DNA of 64,000 nucleotides from Pecten maximus (lineage: Eukaryota). Below the pieces are notes generated by a model, which saw only the letters and a list, made by a program, of their open reading frames with translations, did no database searches and was not told where the DNA came from. The position numbers and the translations under genes were made by a program. Below are positions 26,658 through 40,700 of this stretch, piece after piece (positions within the stretch are counted from its first letter, which is position 1; each line of letters opens with the position of its first letter). Location: the NCBI RefSeq assembly GCF_902652985.1, contig NC_047026.1:20398001-20462000 (forward strand), in the 5' to 3' direction.

Positions 26658-28553
26658 CTTCTTTGAACAGTGTAAACACAAACAACAAAAAGAACAAACA
26701 TTGCTATGGAAGATGCGTTTATTAAAAAAATATTTTTCAATAATTTTGGATAGAAAATGACAAAACGATAGTCACTGAAATATGATATTTTCTTTTGTTA
26801 CAAAAAATCCACTAAAATATGGACAGATAATGACATTCAATGTCGGGTTTATGTATATTGCAGAAGGTATAAAAATAGATGAAGGTACAAAAAATGTTGG
26901 ATTATACAACAGGTCATAACTAGACTCGCTAGATATTATGCTTTAGACACTATATTATGCATAAATTCAAATTTCCTGAAATAAACAAACATGACAACAG
27001 ATTTGGACACAATTTTCGAAGAGTCTTTACATTATAATTTAAATAATTTCGTTTTATTTTTAGTGATTCTAACCCAAAAATGGTATTGTTGTTGAAATGT
27101 ATAAAGATGAAATTGTTCTCATTTGCAAACTTGGCAATTTTGAAACGAATTTTTTTTTAAATTTGTTTTTAACAAAATCTGTTCAGTAAATTTTGATCAA
27201 GTCTCAAAAAGAATACATTCACAAAGTTGCAAGAAATTTGGTCATCGAATACAATACCTTGCAATAAATTCTTAGTTTTTGGTTTTGTTTTGGTTTTTAA
27301 GACATCTGAGCACTTGTAGAAGGAAACATATTATAATTCTTTCAGTTATAATCAATGTACACAAAAATCAGAGATGATAACATATATATATCGGTATAAA
27401 AACCAAGTAGATGAGAAACAGAATATTAAAAAACTCTTCTGTATAATATGTATAATGAATACAGCAATACAATGTAAACTAGAAGTATAGTGTATATATA
27501 AAACTATTGAGAAACATGTATATTGATTACAATAAATGAGATACAGCAAATGTCCTTCACAATGATTGTCAACCCCCATATATTACAAATATTATCTTTT
27601 TCTATTTCAAATTTCTTATTTTTATTAACTTTCAGGGTAGTTTAAATGCATAGTTTCAAGACAATTATCATTTTGTAGTAAAAAAACAAATTCTGTATAT
27701 TTCCTTGCAGCAGTTCCTGTATATATTACAATTTTGTACATATTACTGATAAAGAAAAGACTAACCAGTATATCTATTTCCTAAAAATAACATCCCAGTT
27801 CACTCAATTTCAAAATGTTGGTATTCATTTGAAAGGTGTAAAAGGCAAGCAACACAAAAGTGTATTTCAGCGCGATAGCCATACTTCCTAGTCTCTAACA
27901 CAGGTGGTATTAATACAGACCAATCTGCTATATATATATTTGGACATTCTGTACACAGATCATTTTTATTTTGATATCAGTAGATTTTACAAATATATAC
28001 AGGTAATTACATATAGATGTACAGCATATACATGTATAATAACAGACTGTCAAAATGTAAGATAGAGTATGTGTAATGATATCCACACTATAGCAAATTA
28101 TAATGGGCTCCTCAGTATTACTTTAACTGAAATTTTGAAATGGATATTTACTATAAAATTGTTTCCAAAACCTGGAATTTCTATTTATTTATTTATTTAT
28201 TCTTATAAATTTTTATTTACTTTTTTCTTTTTTTTTCTTTTTGAAAAACAAATATCAATAATTTCATAATGCTTACATAAATTGAATTGTAATATGTAAG
28301 AATTTTTCAAATAGCCTCAAATATAAACACCACTTAGGCTTTTCTGCTTTAATTCATTAACCTGTCATTGTTTTGAGAGAAAAAATACGGAGTCCATGAA
28401 TATCAGTAAATCTGAAAACTTTACCCTTATTAAGCTGACACAATCATCTCGCACTCCCACTAATATACATATAGCACTACATATCTGGTCCTCTGAGTTC
28501 AGTCATACAGTAACCTACATGGAATATCATTATAATATCGGACACAATTTCTC

Positions 28554-28782
28554 CTAAAGTTTAGTATGGGGGTCGTGCTCCATGGCCGACATATCTACCA
28601 CATTTTGTGAGGGGTATGGCTGAGCCGCCTCATGGGGCGGAGGAGTGAAAGTGGACACACCACTCATTCCCCCTTTCTTATCAAAATTGTCATATGCTAA
28701 ATTGTCAAATTCTCTGGAACGATCTTCAATGCTACCAGGTCCGGATGAGTAGTCATTTCTAGGACTGCCGCTCATAGATTCC
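28554..28782 (-). CDS. Alternative terminal exon B (cytoplasmic tail with FDNLAY and C-terminal TKL)
   Basis: ttttcatcag|g phase-2 acceptor; ESMSGSPR...FDNLAYDNF...HTKL*; long AT-rich UTR to AATAAA on - at 26718-26723. Confidence 0.8.
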
Positions 28783-31700
28783 CTGATGAAAACAAAACAT
28801 TTATAATAATGCTATAAACATCAACAGAAAAATTAAATCTTAAACAATATTTACTTAAAAAAAATATTATTAAAGCATTTCTTGTATTTTTACACATATT
28901 AAAATTAAAATCAAACACAGGCTTGGATATATCACAAATAATGCTGATATTGAATCTTAAAATGTCTTTACATCAAAGTGCAAAATTGTTATCACAAGAT
29001 TGTTAGATACAACAAGGTAGGTCACACATGCTCTGTTAATATTACATATACACAAAAGTATGCCACTGCCACAAATCTATATAAAAAAAAAAAAAAAAGC
29101 TTTTTAATTATGAATAAAAAAAATATCAAAATACAGAATAAAAAAACAAAATCATTTAAAAAATCATAGAAATCTTTCAACTAGCTTCACTTTGTTTTTA
29201 ATTACATTAACATAAATAAGGGAAAAAAAATGGGAAATGACATTGAAAAGGGAAACAACATTTTAAAATAAGTCTTTAATGCACCAGTAAAAACAGAAAT
29301 AATTGAGGTAAAAATAATGTAAATAACAGAATTTCCCTAAAACTCACATCTTTGGAAATAGTTGGTGGTATCCAAAAAAAAGTGGATATTTTAAAAGCAA
29401 AAACATTTTCTGATTAATATATTTAAAAATGAAATGTACAATTGAAATATTTAAAAATGAAGTCTTAATACAAAAAAGTATCCTATCTAGTACCACATAA
29501 CCAATACAAAAATATATATATGTGCATGCTTATAACTGTCAGTTATGGAAAAATGTTCCCTGTTTTTTGGTGGTTTTTTTTTGCTGAACTAAGGGAGATA
29601 ACCTCTTCACTCAGTGAAAAAATTGATAAATTCCTGTTGTAATCTTTATTTTGCAATCATTGAATAAAACAATGATCTCATATTTATATTTATAAAGATA
29701 TATTTATCAGAATCCAATGGGCTATCTTCTCATCAGCTCAGCAAACAGAACCTTGCGTAAAAAATAAGTTGTTTTTTGCAGGGATTATATATTTTTTTGC
29801 ATGAATGCTATATCCTAGTTGAGTAATTGCCCTTGATTAACCAGTGTGGTGTTGGTTATTTTCCCATATTAGTAAAGAGTAGGATAGACAGTTTCAGGTG
29901 TTTCTGCCTGTTTTTCATTAAGTTGAGTAGGGTCAACTGAACCCTCTGTTAAATCAGAGCGTGGGGCTACAGCCCCGTGCAGGTATGAGGTGTGAGGGTC
30001 CACTGATGTGGGCTTTGCATCGTAAGCAGGGTTTGGGTAAGCCTGCTTTTCTTCCTCTATACTGGATCTGGTTACTGTAGAATAACTTTTGTCATCTGGT
30101 AAATATGAGTTGCGTTTCTTTTCTGACCTGCAATCCAATAACCAATTCCTTAAATTCTTGAATTTGTTGATGTTTCATGTGATAATTATCATTTTTAATT
30201 GTAACTTTATGATAATACATTTTAACGATCATGGAAATTTCCCAAATATGAAGTAAAATCTCTAATTAATGAAGTTTTCAGGTAGGAAAGTTGATACTTG
30301 TATCAAAATACTTTAATTGGAAAGTAGTTATCTCCATTGGCTAGTAATCCTAGAAGTTCACAAGACAAGAGAAAACTAGAATGTGCCACCTATCTGGGCA
30401 AGACAGGAAAATGAGAAATTACTCAACACAGGTACTCAAGCATCTGTAAGGAACCTAATGTTAGGCAATATAGATTCTACAGGGCTGTATATCTCAGTAA
30501 CATGCACAAGTATCTGGATAAAATCATAATGCCAAGGGCATGAAATCTAATAATTAGCATCAGCAAAATTTAGGGTTAAATAATCCATATGGTACAAGCA
30601 TGGGATAATAAAAGCAGGGAGGTAAAGACCGAGTAAGGCAATCTGAAATTGTACTATCTAAATCAAACAAAAAACTGAATTTCATGAAGGGTTTCAACAG
30701 TTTATATCCAATGATATGTGATTTTGGAACATTTTCTTCAAAAGATTCCTTGACAAGGGAGATAATTCATGCACCATTAAGTCAGAAATATTAAAGACTT
30801 TCAGGACACTGCACCTTGAACAACATGAGTCAGACTTTCCCCCAAAAAACATGAATTTACACAAAATCAGTTGGAAAACAACTGTATAAGGAGGGAAATT
30901 GTGGAAATTATAAACAAAATTGAACAAAAATCGAAGAAAACAAAAAAGAGAAAAGATTCCAAGTGTTTCAAAAACTGCAGCAGATCAACAGATTTCTTAA
31001 ATGGCTCACAAGCAAGCAGAGAAGACAACCTCTGGTCACAAGCTTTTCAACAAAAGAGAAATTTAAAGGCAGGTAGTGGACCTTGTTCATAAAGAAGGTA
31101 AAAACACACGGAGTGGACCAGAACAAAGAAGCCAAGTAAGACATGATAAATCATCTAGATAAGAAAACAATAGGCTGTTGTGATCAGGGACTGAACAGCC
31201 TACAGACTGAACCAAGTTTTACCTCATTTCATACTAACAGTGAATTCAGGGATGTAACTGAAGCTGAAACTTCCTCCAGTAACTCAACCGGTAATCAAAT
31301 GACAGGATAGATAACTACTGGTCAGATATATGTTAGAAGTGTTCGAGTACGGTACGAAATAACACTACAGTGATCAAACAAGGGTGCAGAAGATCATTAC
31401 ACAGGCCAGCTAGTTCAGTTATTATTATAACAGATCCAATCTAGAGTTATAAAAGATAGCTCAGTATACAAATTCCCCCATATATTGTCATCTGGAACTT
31501 TTTCATCAATGTAACCATGCCCATGAAGGGTTGTGGAAATGTTATTTGAGATGGGAGAAGGTGGTAAAATAGAGGGGTTCACAGTGGTTCTAGACAAGGT
31601 GCAACTTAGAAAACTTCATATCTTGCTAAGAATGACTTCCTGCTGTTTAACCTTTGACATCTCCTGTTTGTTTATTTGCAAATTCATTGAGTATTCTGTA

Positions 31701-34700
31701 ACAAATCCAGTTGGAGTTTGTGGCTATAAATTATAAAATGAAATTATAACTTAGCAGGCTGAGTAGTGAAATGACATACCTGTAGAGAAAATAATTAATT
31801 TATTTTTATTTCTAAATGTACTCTTTATTTGTTGTCTCTAAACAGGTTAAGATAAGCTCTGAAAAAAATTCAGAAGAATCAATTTTTAAGATGTTTTCTA
31901 TTTTTTTGAATTAAAAGAAAAAAATGAAATCCAAAAAATATATAGAAAATCAGACTTTTACAGAAAATTCCTGCCTGCTTCTACTAAATTGGTGCAATAT
32001 ATTTATCTACTAACTTAACTATTCTCAAAATTGTAGAAAGGTCTGTCTACATGCCCCATTCCACACTTCAAAACTCTGTGTTTGATACATATGGATTAAT
32101 ACAAGTAGGATGTATATAGAAACATCAACTGTCCATATCCCATTCTGGTAATGCAAGCATACAAAAATATAGTATAAAGCACTGCATTAAGATTATCATT
32201 GTTTTGCCCATCCACCAGTGTGTACTGATTTGTAAATTAATATATATCAAAATATGTGATTATATATAAATATATATAACATGTTCCCCACAGTAAGTCA
32301 CCAGCACACCTTACCTCCAAACGCAAATCATATTTACCAGACGACAGCGGATTGCCGTTCATGCAAGGTTCGCAGTTTATATCTATTAAATTAAGGACAC
32401 AAACCAACACCACTGGCAATTAAATGTGAATGTTAGGAGTTATGAAATGTGACAAAATTGTATCATATATGGATTCAACTTAAAGCTTGTAACATAAATA
32501 TATGATATCAAAATGTTCAATCTTGAGAGAACATGTACAATTCTCTAGACAGTGTAAGGCCTTCCTATTTAAGCTACCAAGTGTTCTGACAAAAACAAAT
32601 GCTAGTGTACATTGATGCTTGTATTTTATAAATTTGTTTTACCATAAATCTGACAGTATCGACAGCTTCTCTCTACACCGTCTTTTTGTGATATTATCAA
32701 TCTACTGTCTGCTCATTTTTTTCATTTATGCATGTATATATAAACTCCAATTTTCTCTTATAATGGTATGTATTGGTGTGTTCAATGGACTTATCTCCCT
32801 TTACATATAGCAAAATTTGCATTAATTTTATTCCTTGTGAATTATCTCTACAAAAGGCATCCATTGTTATTTCCCTCAAATTACCTCCCTTTACACAGAA
32901 AGCACACATTTTCTTGAATTATCTTTTATCACTATCTCAGAAGGGTTTGTTTAAATGTTTCTTTAAAACTATTTCTCTTTACACATATTTAAGATGTCAT
33001 GTTTCTGAATTATCTTAGGGTGAGGGTGGTATGTACTTGGGTTCTTTTTTAATTATCTCCCTTTATTGATATGCAGGTGTCATGTCTCTTGAATTATCTT
33101 AGCGAAAATGTTGTGTATTGGTGTTTCTTTTTAATTATCTCCCTTTATTGATAGTACACGTGCCATGTGTCTTGAATTATCTTAGAGCAAAGATGGTATG
33201 TATTAATGGTTTTTTTTTATCTCCCTTTTCAGAGTGTTGTGTTTTATACTTGTCTCCCTTTAATCATCTATGTCTTCTTAGATAAGTGGGATAAAACAAC
33301 TAAGGGGTGGCTCTAGGTTACATAAAGGACACAAAACTTCTAAAGAAAACTACTGAATTTTACATCATCACTGAAGAAATATCTAAATGTCTATAGTTGC
33401 TATTCAACCAGAGTTATTACATGCAGTTAACTACTATTTATGCTCAGTAAGACTGACACTTAAAAGTATAGATTTAAATAATGCAAAGTATTGCAAACAA
33501 TTATTTTACCCTAATTATGGCCAAATCTTTAAAGAAAAATTAATAAGGTGCCAAACTTCTATACACAATAGCTCATGTGACTTAATTTCAGTATGTAATA
33601 CAGTACTCCGCTTTTCTAGACAGCATAATAAATTTGGCAACTTTAAGAGTGATATAGTATATGTCTATGCCCTGGATAATGTGATACCAGTTGAACAAAG
33701 GTCCATAACTCTGGCTATAACAGGACAGCATATCAAAAAGATGTCTTTGTCAAGGTTAAATACAGGCTAAAAGAATGACTCAACCCCTACCCACGCAAAC
33801 TAATATGAATCCGCATATAAACTCTACTATGAGTAGGATTTGACAAGTAATATATTACTTAGATAAAATGATATATTCCTACCAAAGTACAGTACTAAGG
33901 GCCTATATAACACATGTCTATCCAACAACTAGCTAATCAGCTTGTTTTATCCTAAAGTTATAATCTTATCAAATGTAATTTACTATAAACAGTTATTATT
34001 TCTATCTGATTCCGACATATTTCTTGATTCTGACCTTAAGAGACAAGCAAGCACAAGCATGTGAGAATTAATATAAAACAAAAATTAGGTTTTATTCTTT
34101 TAAAGCCACTTAAGCAACACAACATCACCATACAAAAAAATTAATAACCATGTAACATCAAAATTTCCCACTAGCAAATTATTAGTAAAGAAGCTTGAGG
34201 CATTCAGTGAACGAAGTTTGAGAAGCTTAAAATCAACATTACCACAAAGCAATGACAAGCCATAAAAAGAAAAAAATATATATATGAATTGTGATCTTGT
34301 GTAAGGCAATTTCAATTTTTTTTTAATGTGAAAATGTGAACTAGCAAACATTATCTTTTAAAAAATTAGCATATTCCACATACTCTAATTATAGTTAGTA
34401 GCCTTAGTAGCCATAATAACTTCACCTCCTTATCACAAATGAAAAAAATAATGATTAAAATAAATAAGGTTTAAGATCTACACATTAAAAACAAGAACAA
34501 AAATTAAAGGTTCTCGTTCATCTATCCATTAGTAACAAGCAGTCAGTAAATGACAGAGACATGTAAAGAAAACAGAAGGAAAAGACAATAGTTATTATAC
34601 AGAGGAGCAAATTGACACTAAACACATATCACTACTGGGAAAACATGCAACAATACTTACGGTTGTCGCTGACAATATTTGACAGCCAGAATGCATGCCA

Positions 34701-37700
34701 AGACAGCGAATAAGCCAGCAACAACACCCAACACGACCACAATCAACTGGGCCTCCTGACTGAGCACTGGTCCCTCTGTCGTTGTCTTAGGCAGTGGGGC
34801 TGGTGTTGTCGGGCGTGGAGTTGTAGGGCGTGGAGTTGTCGGGCTTGGAGTGGTTGGGCTTGGAGTGGTTGGTGTGGTAGTGGTTGGTGAAGGACTTGGG
34901 GTCACTACAGTTGGTGGGGCTGCTGTAGCAGGCAACTCGCAAGTTGGTGGAGCTAAAAATTAGAAAATTTCACTGTTAATATTATACATAAACTTGTAAC
35001 CATTATGATATGAATAAGTGTGCTAATTCAAAGTTTAAAATGTCCTATGAAATGCATGCACAGTATAAAATAATTCTTGTATTTCACAACAATTTAAAAT
35101 TTATCAATATTTATTATGCTACAGTGAATAGATAATACATGTTGACCACAATGGAAGCATGCAGGAACCCTAATGATGAAAGATAAATGTATACATATCC
35201 AATATGCCGCCCACTGGGCAAATTCAACATATTCTGGTAATGACAGTTCCCGGAATATTTATTGTACTTTTTCAAAATCCATCATTCATGTTTAATTATA
35301 GATGTATACGCATAACTTGATGTTTGACTGGTGGTAAAATACTACACACCGATTTTCATTGTCCAATCCATGTTGTTGAGACTGGCGTCACAGTAGTGGC
35401 AAACATCACCAGGCTTGTTAGTGTAGGATTCATAGCATACATCATCGATCACACAACCAGTAGTCTGGAAATACAAATCAATGATAAATATTACAACATT
35501 CTACCATCGCACAGACACATGTACTATAAGGTAAACGGCCTGATACTTTATCAAGGTATCTGTTCTGTCACCAACCTAACTCTCACATGAAGATTGTAAA
35601 ATATACCGGAGTTGACTTAAGACCTGTATGGCTGGTATCAATGATGAAGCAGGTGGTCCTATTCTCCTTGTACTTTTCAGAAGTCTTCATGCAAATCTAT
35701 ATTTTTGTTTATATTTGCCCTTGTTTCTGAGTTTGAATTCTGGTTTCGTTATCATGTCAATGTTCCTTATCATTTATGAATAATGTTTGTAAGACACATG
35801 CCAATTGACACCTGTGTACACCCTTAAAGTCCTCAGCATTATAAAAATTCTACAATTCATCAACTATTTCTGTTTGACTCAAAACAACCTTCATGTCATA
35901 TATCATTCTCTCACTGTAAATGAGGAAATATTAACTTATACTGAAATTCAAAATCTACCCAAGCCTGGGCAAAACCATTTTTAAAGAGAACATGATATCA
36001 AGAATTGAAATATAACAGAGACATGGAATACAATGATTCCCTAGAGCTCGCTCCATTTGGAGTCAATACATTTTTAATTCAATAATAAAAGAACAGCTGT
36101 ATAAGATCCCCTATTGATACTCACAGTAGTTTGACAGCCAGTAGAGGTACAGCTGTAACAGGCACTGTCGAAGGCGACCACAGTGTAGTAGGGACTCGGG
36201 TTTATGCCATCGTTACTGACCGCCACCTGTACGGCCCACTTGAGACCGGACATCATGCTTGCTGGTACGGGACAGTTGATCTGGGATGATGTAACAAACT
36301 CTGCAGCGACCACTTGAGAACTTCCTGGTACGACACTTACTGTCTGATCAACCTGTAAATAAAAAAAATATAAACAAGAGTTGTAAGAATGAATTGAAAT
36401 TCAGAGTTCAGAGTTTTTTTTAAAAGTGAGGCAAAGGTCACATTAAAGGTCAGCTGGTTCACAAATGTAGCACCAATGGAAATGTTTTGTCACAAGAAAT
36501 ACACATACATAAGCTGTATCCTCATTAGTATTGACGCAACACAGTTTTATAAAAACTTTATACCAGCTGTCTACAGATGCTCACAGTCGGGTATAGCTAT
36601 AACTCCCCTGGACTTCATCCCGGTAAGCAAAAAAGATAAATGTTCACTTTGTAACTACTGCTTTGATTGGCTACCCAAAATACTATAATGGCCATACAAG
36701 GTCATATTTCATAATGACTGCTTTGATTGACTGTCCAAATTACTAAGAATGAATGGTAATACAAAATAAAGTTTTATGGTTGTCTTGTTCGCTAAAAACA
36801 TTCATACAGATAATATTTATTTGGGCCATTACAAGGTATAACGTAAATAGCTGAAAAGCCAAATCTGTGACCTTGACCTTCATCACATTGATCTATATGA
36901 CGTAACTATGGTTTGAATAAATTTGATATCATAATTCATGAATCACAAAATGTAGGTCAATGTGGCCTAATACCATGATAGAAGTAAAAGATCTGTGTAA
37001 CCAAGCTAGAGGATAAAGTTTTGCAAAGTGGGGTATCATATCATACCGACATATCCATTATACATACATTGAGAGCCTGGAAGTGGCAAGACTCCTGTTT
37101 CTGGTTGCTGAAGTTGTTACCAAGAACAGTGATCACAGCACAGTCAGAGCTTCCAAGGGGACATAACCCATTATTCTCCACACTCGAAACAACAGGAGGT
37201 TGGTTCTCATCTATAGAACAGTCATCGCCAAGCCAGTTCTGGTAACACTGGCAAACACCTGTGAATATATAAAAATGAACATTGGCCATCCAGCTCTAGG
37301 TAATACCAGTTTTTGTCCTGGACATTTTGGAAAGTTTTCACCTGGTGGAAATTGGGATTGCAGAAGTGGAATGAGCAATAAACTGTTCATGGATTTTGTG
37401 TCACCCCATTTTGTAATTTTTTAGGATTTCATTTGGGATAGATATGCAACATATACAATTAGAAATGGGCCTAAAGATAGACCCAATTATATAGACAGGG
37501 AAAACACTGAATGATAACATTATACAAATAAACTCATTTTAACAATATTTTGTATATTGAACTCTGGAATCAATTCAAGTAAGGCTACTGAAAAGCAAGT
37601 TAATCTCGCTTTCAAATACTGTATCTACAAGGATTTAATTTGTCAACATCTGGAATTGCGGTCATTAAATATAGCATGAAAATAGATACCCAGGAATACT

Positions 37701-40700
37701 GAGTATATACAGAGGAGCCCACTTATTTGCATATCGGTTATTTGAATATCCCGCTTATTTGCATAAAATTCTCAGGTCCCGATTTTCTTCTTCTTTATCT
37801 TTGTATTTCAATCCCGTGTATTTGCATCGACTAAAACACCGACTCCCGCTTATATGCATATAAAAATTCCAAAAAATCGAAAAATTTTAATTGATTTTAG
37901 GGTATTTTTGTGATTTTCCCGTAATAAAAGTTTGATGAAATGTGTTTTAACTTACATTATTGATTCGACACGATGTACAACGTTATCTTATCATTGGTTC
38001 ACACTTCGTCATTACAGGTTACGTTCGATGCATCGATATCGACATTATTATTTAGACCATATCAGTAGCATTGTGCAGAAGAATCACTGTATAAAATATC
38101 TATATGCCTCATCTTTTGATGAGATTTGTTTATTTATTATAGCATCGATCCAAACCTGTGTTCTGTGCACTTGAACACTCGCTGAGGCAGGTTGCGATCG
38201 CCATGATTGTTTACTAGGCGCGTTGCATTGTGGGGGCATATGTGTAATGAACGACAACTCTTTCTGTGTGTGCGCCATTTTCCAAAACAAACCCAAACGA
38301 CAATACACATGTCACGGTCATTTAAGACAGTCTATTGCTTCAGCAGTTCATCATCTATGATCAAACAACTAATATACTCATAGCAGGAACACAACGCATC
38401 TCGAGACGATAATGAATGTTAATTGAAACGATGACATTGTACATCGTAGTGCCAACCCACGCGTGTATGACCGATACCGGACCCAGAGACTCGGAGTGAC
38501 GAGTAGTAAACGATGAAGTGTATGCAAATATTTGTACATTTACAAAGAATAACAACCCATGTTTTTCGTATTTACTCTTATATTTTAAATAATTTTTTTT
38601 TTTTTAAATATATTTTTAATGCAAATAACGTAAACAATCATATAGCGCCCATATTGAGTACCGACCTGACGATCTACATGTGTATAAGAGGGGCCAAAAC
38701 CCAACTCCGCCTATACGAATACTCCGGTTATTTGCATATTTTGTCATGGAAAAAGGGCTATGCAAATAAGCGGGTTGCTCTGTATACACAAAAGAGTTTA
38801 CCTGTTATTGCTAAATTTTGAAAACGCAGTGTGGGGTGAAATTAAAAATCTGCAAACTTATTGTGATTGAGGTGCAACCACAAAATATTTGCCCCATGAA
38901 ATCACAGTTGATCAGATGCTGAAATGAAGCTTTTCCTACCTGCATTACAGTTTCCATGATTATTGCAGTCATTGGGACAGACAGTATTAAGGATACTTCC
39001 AGCGAGTTGTACCAATGCGGGGTCTGCAGAACTGAGCAGAAGTCTGGCTTCAGACTCGCAGTCTCCAACATACACAGCAAGAATGGACGTAGCACCTACT
39101 GTGGTATCAGTAGTCTGAAAAAATATATATTTACAGGTTAAAAACCTTGTGTCAGTTCAAATCCTGATTAGCTTAGTGAGTCATAAAGGCTAATTTTCAC
39201 ACCAAATTTTTCGTGACAGACAAAAACTACCATTATGATAAAATTTTGATAACGTATCAGGGTACAGACCAAAAGCTTTGATAACACTTTGACTTACCAG
39301 GATTTTGTTCATGCACTCCCCAACTGCTGTGTCTACAGGTATTTCAAACCCAGGAATCTGCTGACAAAGGTTAACAACCTGCGCATTGGCAACTTCCTGT
39401 TGGCAGTATGCTGTGGCTACATCAAATGTGATGTTTCTTGGGGGGTCCCATGTAGGAACAGTGATCTGTAATATGTAAAGTACACATTAGAATATTACTA
39501 ATTCAATACATTGAAGTATATCTCTTTCACAAGGTGATTTTCAAATAATGATTAGCTTTAAACTTGATCAATTCCTCAGTAAACTTATATCGTCAAGTAA
39601 TTAATAAATTTCAATTTATTTATTTATAATTCATGATATATGTTTTACTGCAGGAGGTTACGTTTATATTTCCTATCACAATTAAGTATTATATAATAAG
39701 TCAAATATACCCTCATCTGAATCAAACTCTGTATTACAGATTAAATAAATCTCTAATGCTTTGTTACTGAAATTCTGATATATCAAATCATAAATCAAAC
39801 AAAGCTCAAACAATTCTAAAGTGACAAAGTGTGAAAATAAATTCAAAGGTTCTCCGAACCATCATTTGTATCTGGAAATTGACCTTCTTATCATGTTAAT
39901 AACTTTAATATTTCACTGGGAAAATTCTCATATAAATTGAAACATATACAAGTTACATACAGGTGTCGTCGTATGTTGGGTCAATCTCAACATCATCAAA
40001 TATTCCTCCTGCCTGTCTCTTCTTCCTCTCACATCCACTGACAACAACGACGGCACCACTGATTAGTGCTGGGGTGATGTCAGTACCTACAACACAGCAC
40101 AAACATTGCATTATAGTCTCATACTAACACTGGATTGTCAACATGGGCTGTCTCTACAGAAATGTAGATACATTCTAGTCAAATAAGCACCTGCCCACAA
40201 ATAAAATAAACCCTCTTGAATTGAGGTTATTTTTGTCTTCAACATCATCAAAATAATAAATTTCAGCGTAAGTAAAGCGCTCAAAAGACTGTGCCTGTAA
40301 TAAATAACCAAACGTCACAATCTGGACATTATCGAAAATTGAGGTAAATATCTCTGTTTAATTTTTCATAAGCATGTTTACAGCAAGTATGAATTACAAT
40401 ACTTTTCCGGCACTAGAGAGTAAATTCTAGCACTTTTCCAGCAATGACCCAGAATTCCAGCACTTCACATTGTCTGTATGAACCATGGGTATTGATGTGT
40501 TTAAACCTACCTGATAAAGGAGAGGCACAAGTTTCCACGATGGTGTTTCGGCTGATGCATGAGTCTGAATTTGTGGCACATGGACAGAAGCTGTACATTG
40601 GGAATTGTGAGGTCGGCTCAAAAATATCAGCTGTAGTTGAACTAGGGATTAAAAATGAAATGGCCATGATATCAGCTGTAATACATTTCACAAGAGACAT

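Noticed and set aside
31415-31723. Additional coding tail exon (…TVNPSILPPSPIS…)
   Set aside because: The nearest acceptor is phase 0 rather than the required phase 2, and the frame contains an internal TGA.
37710-38782. Autonomous transposon
   Set aside because: Internal ORFs are short and lack DDE/DDD or HTH motifs.
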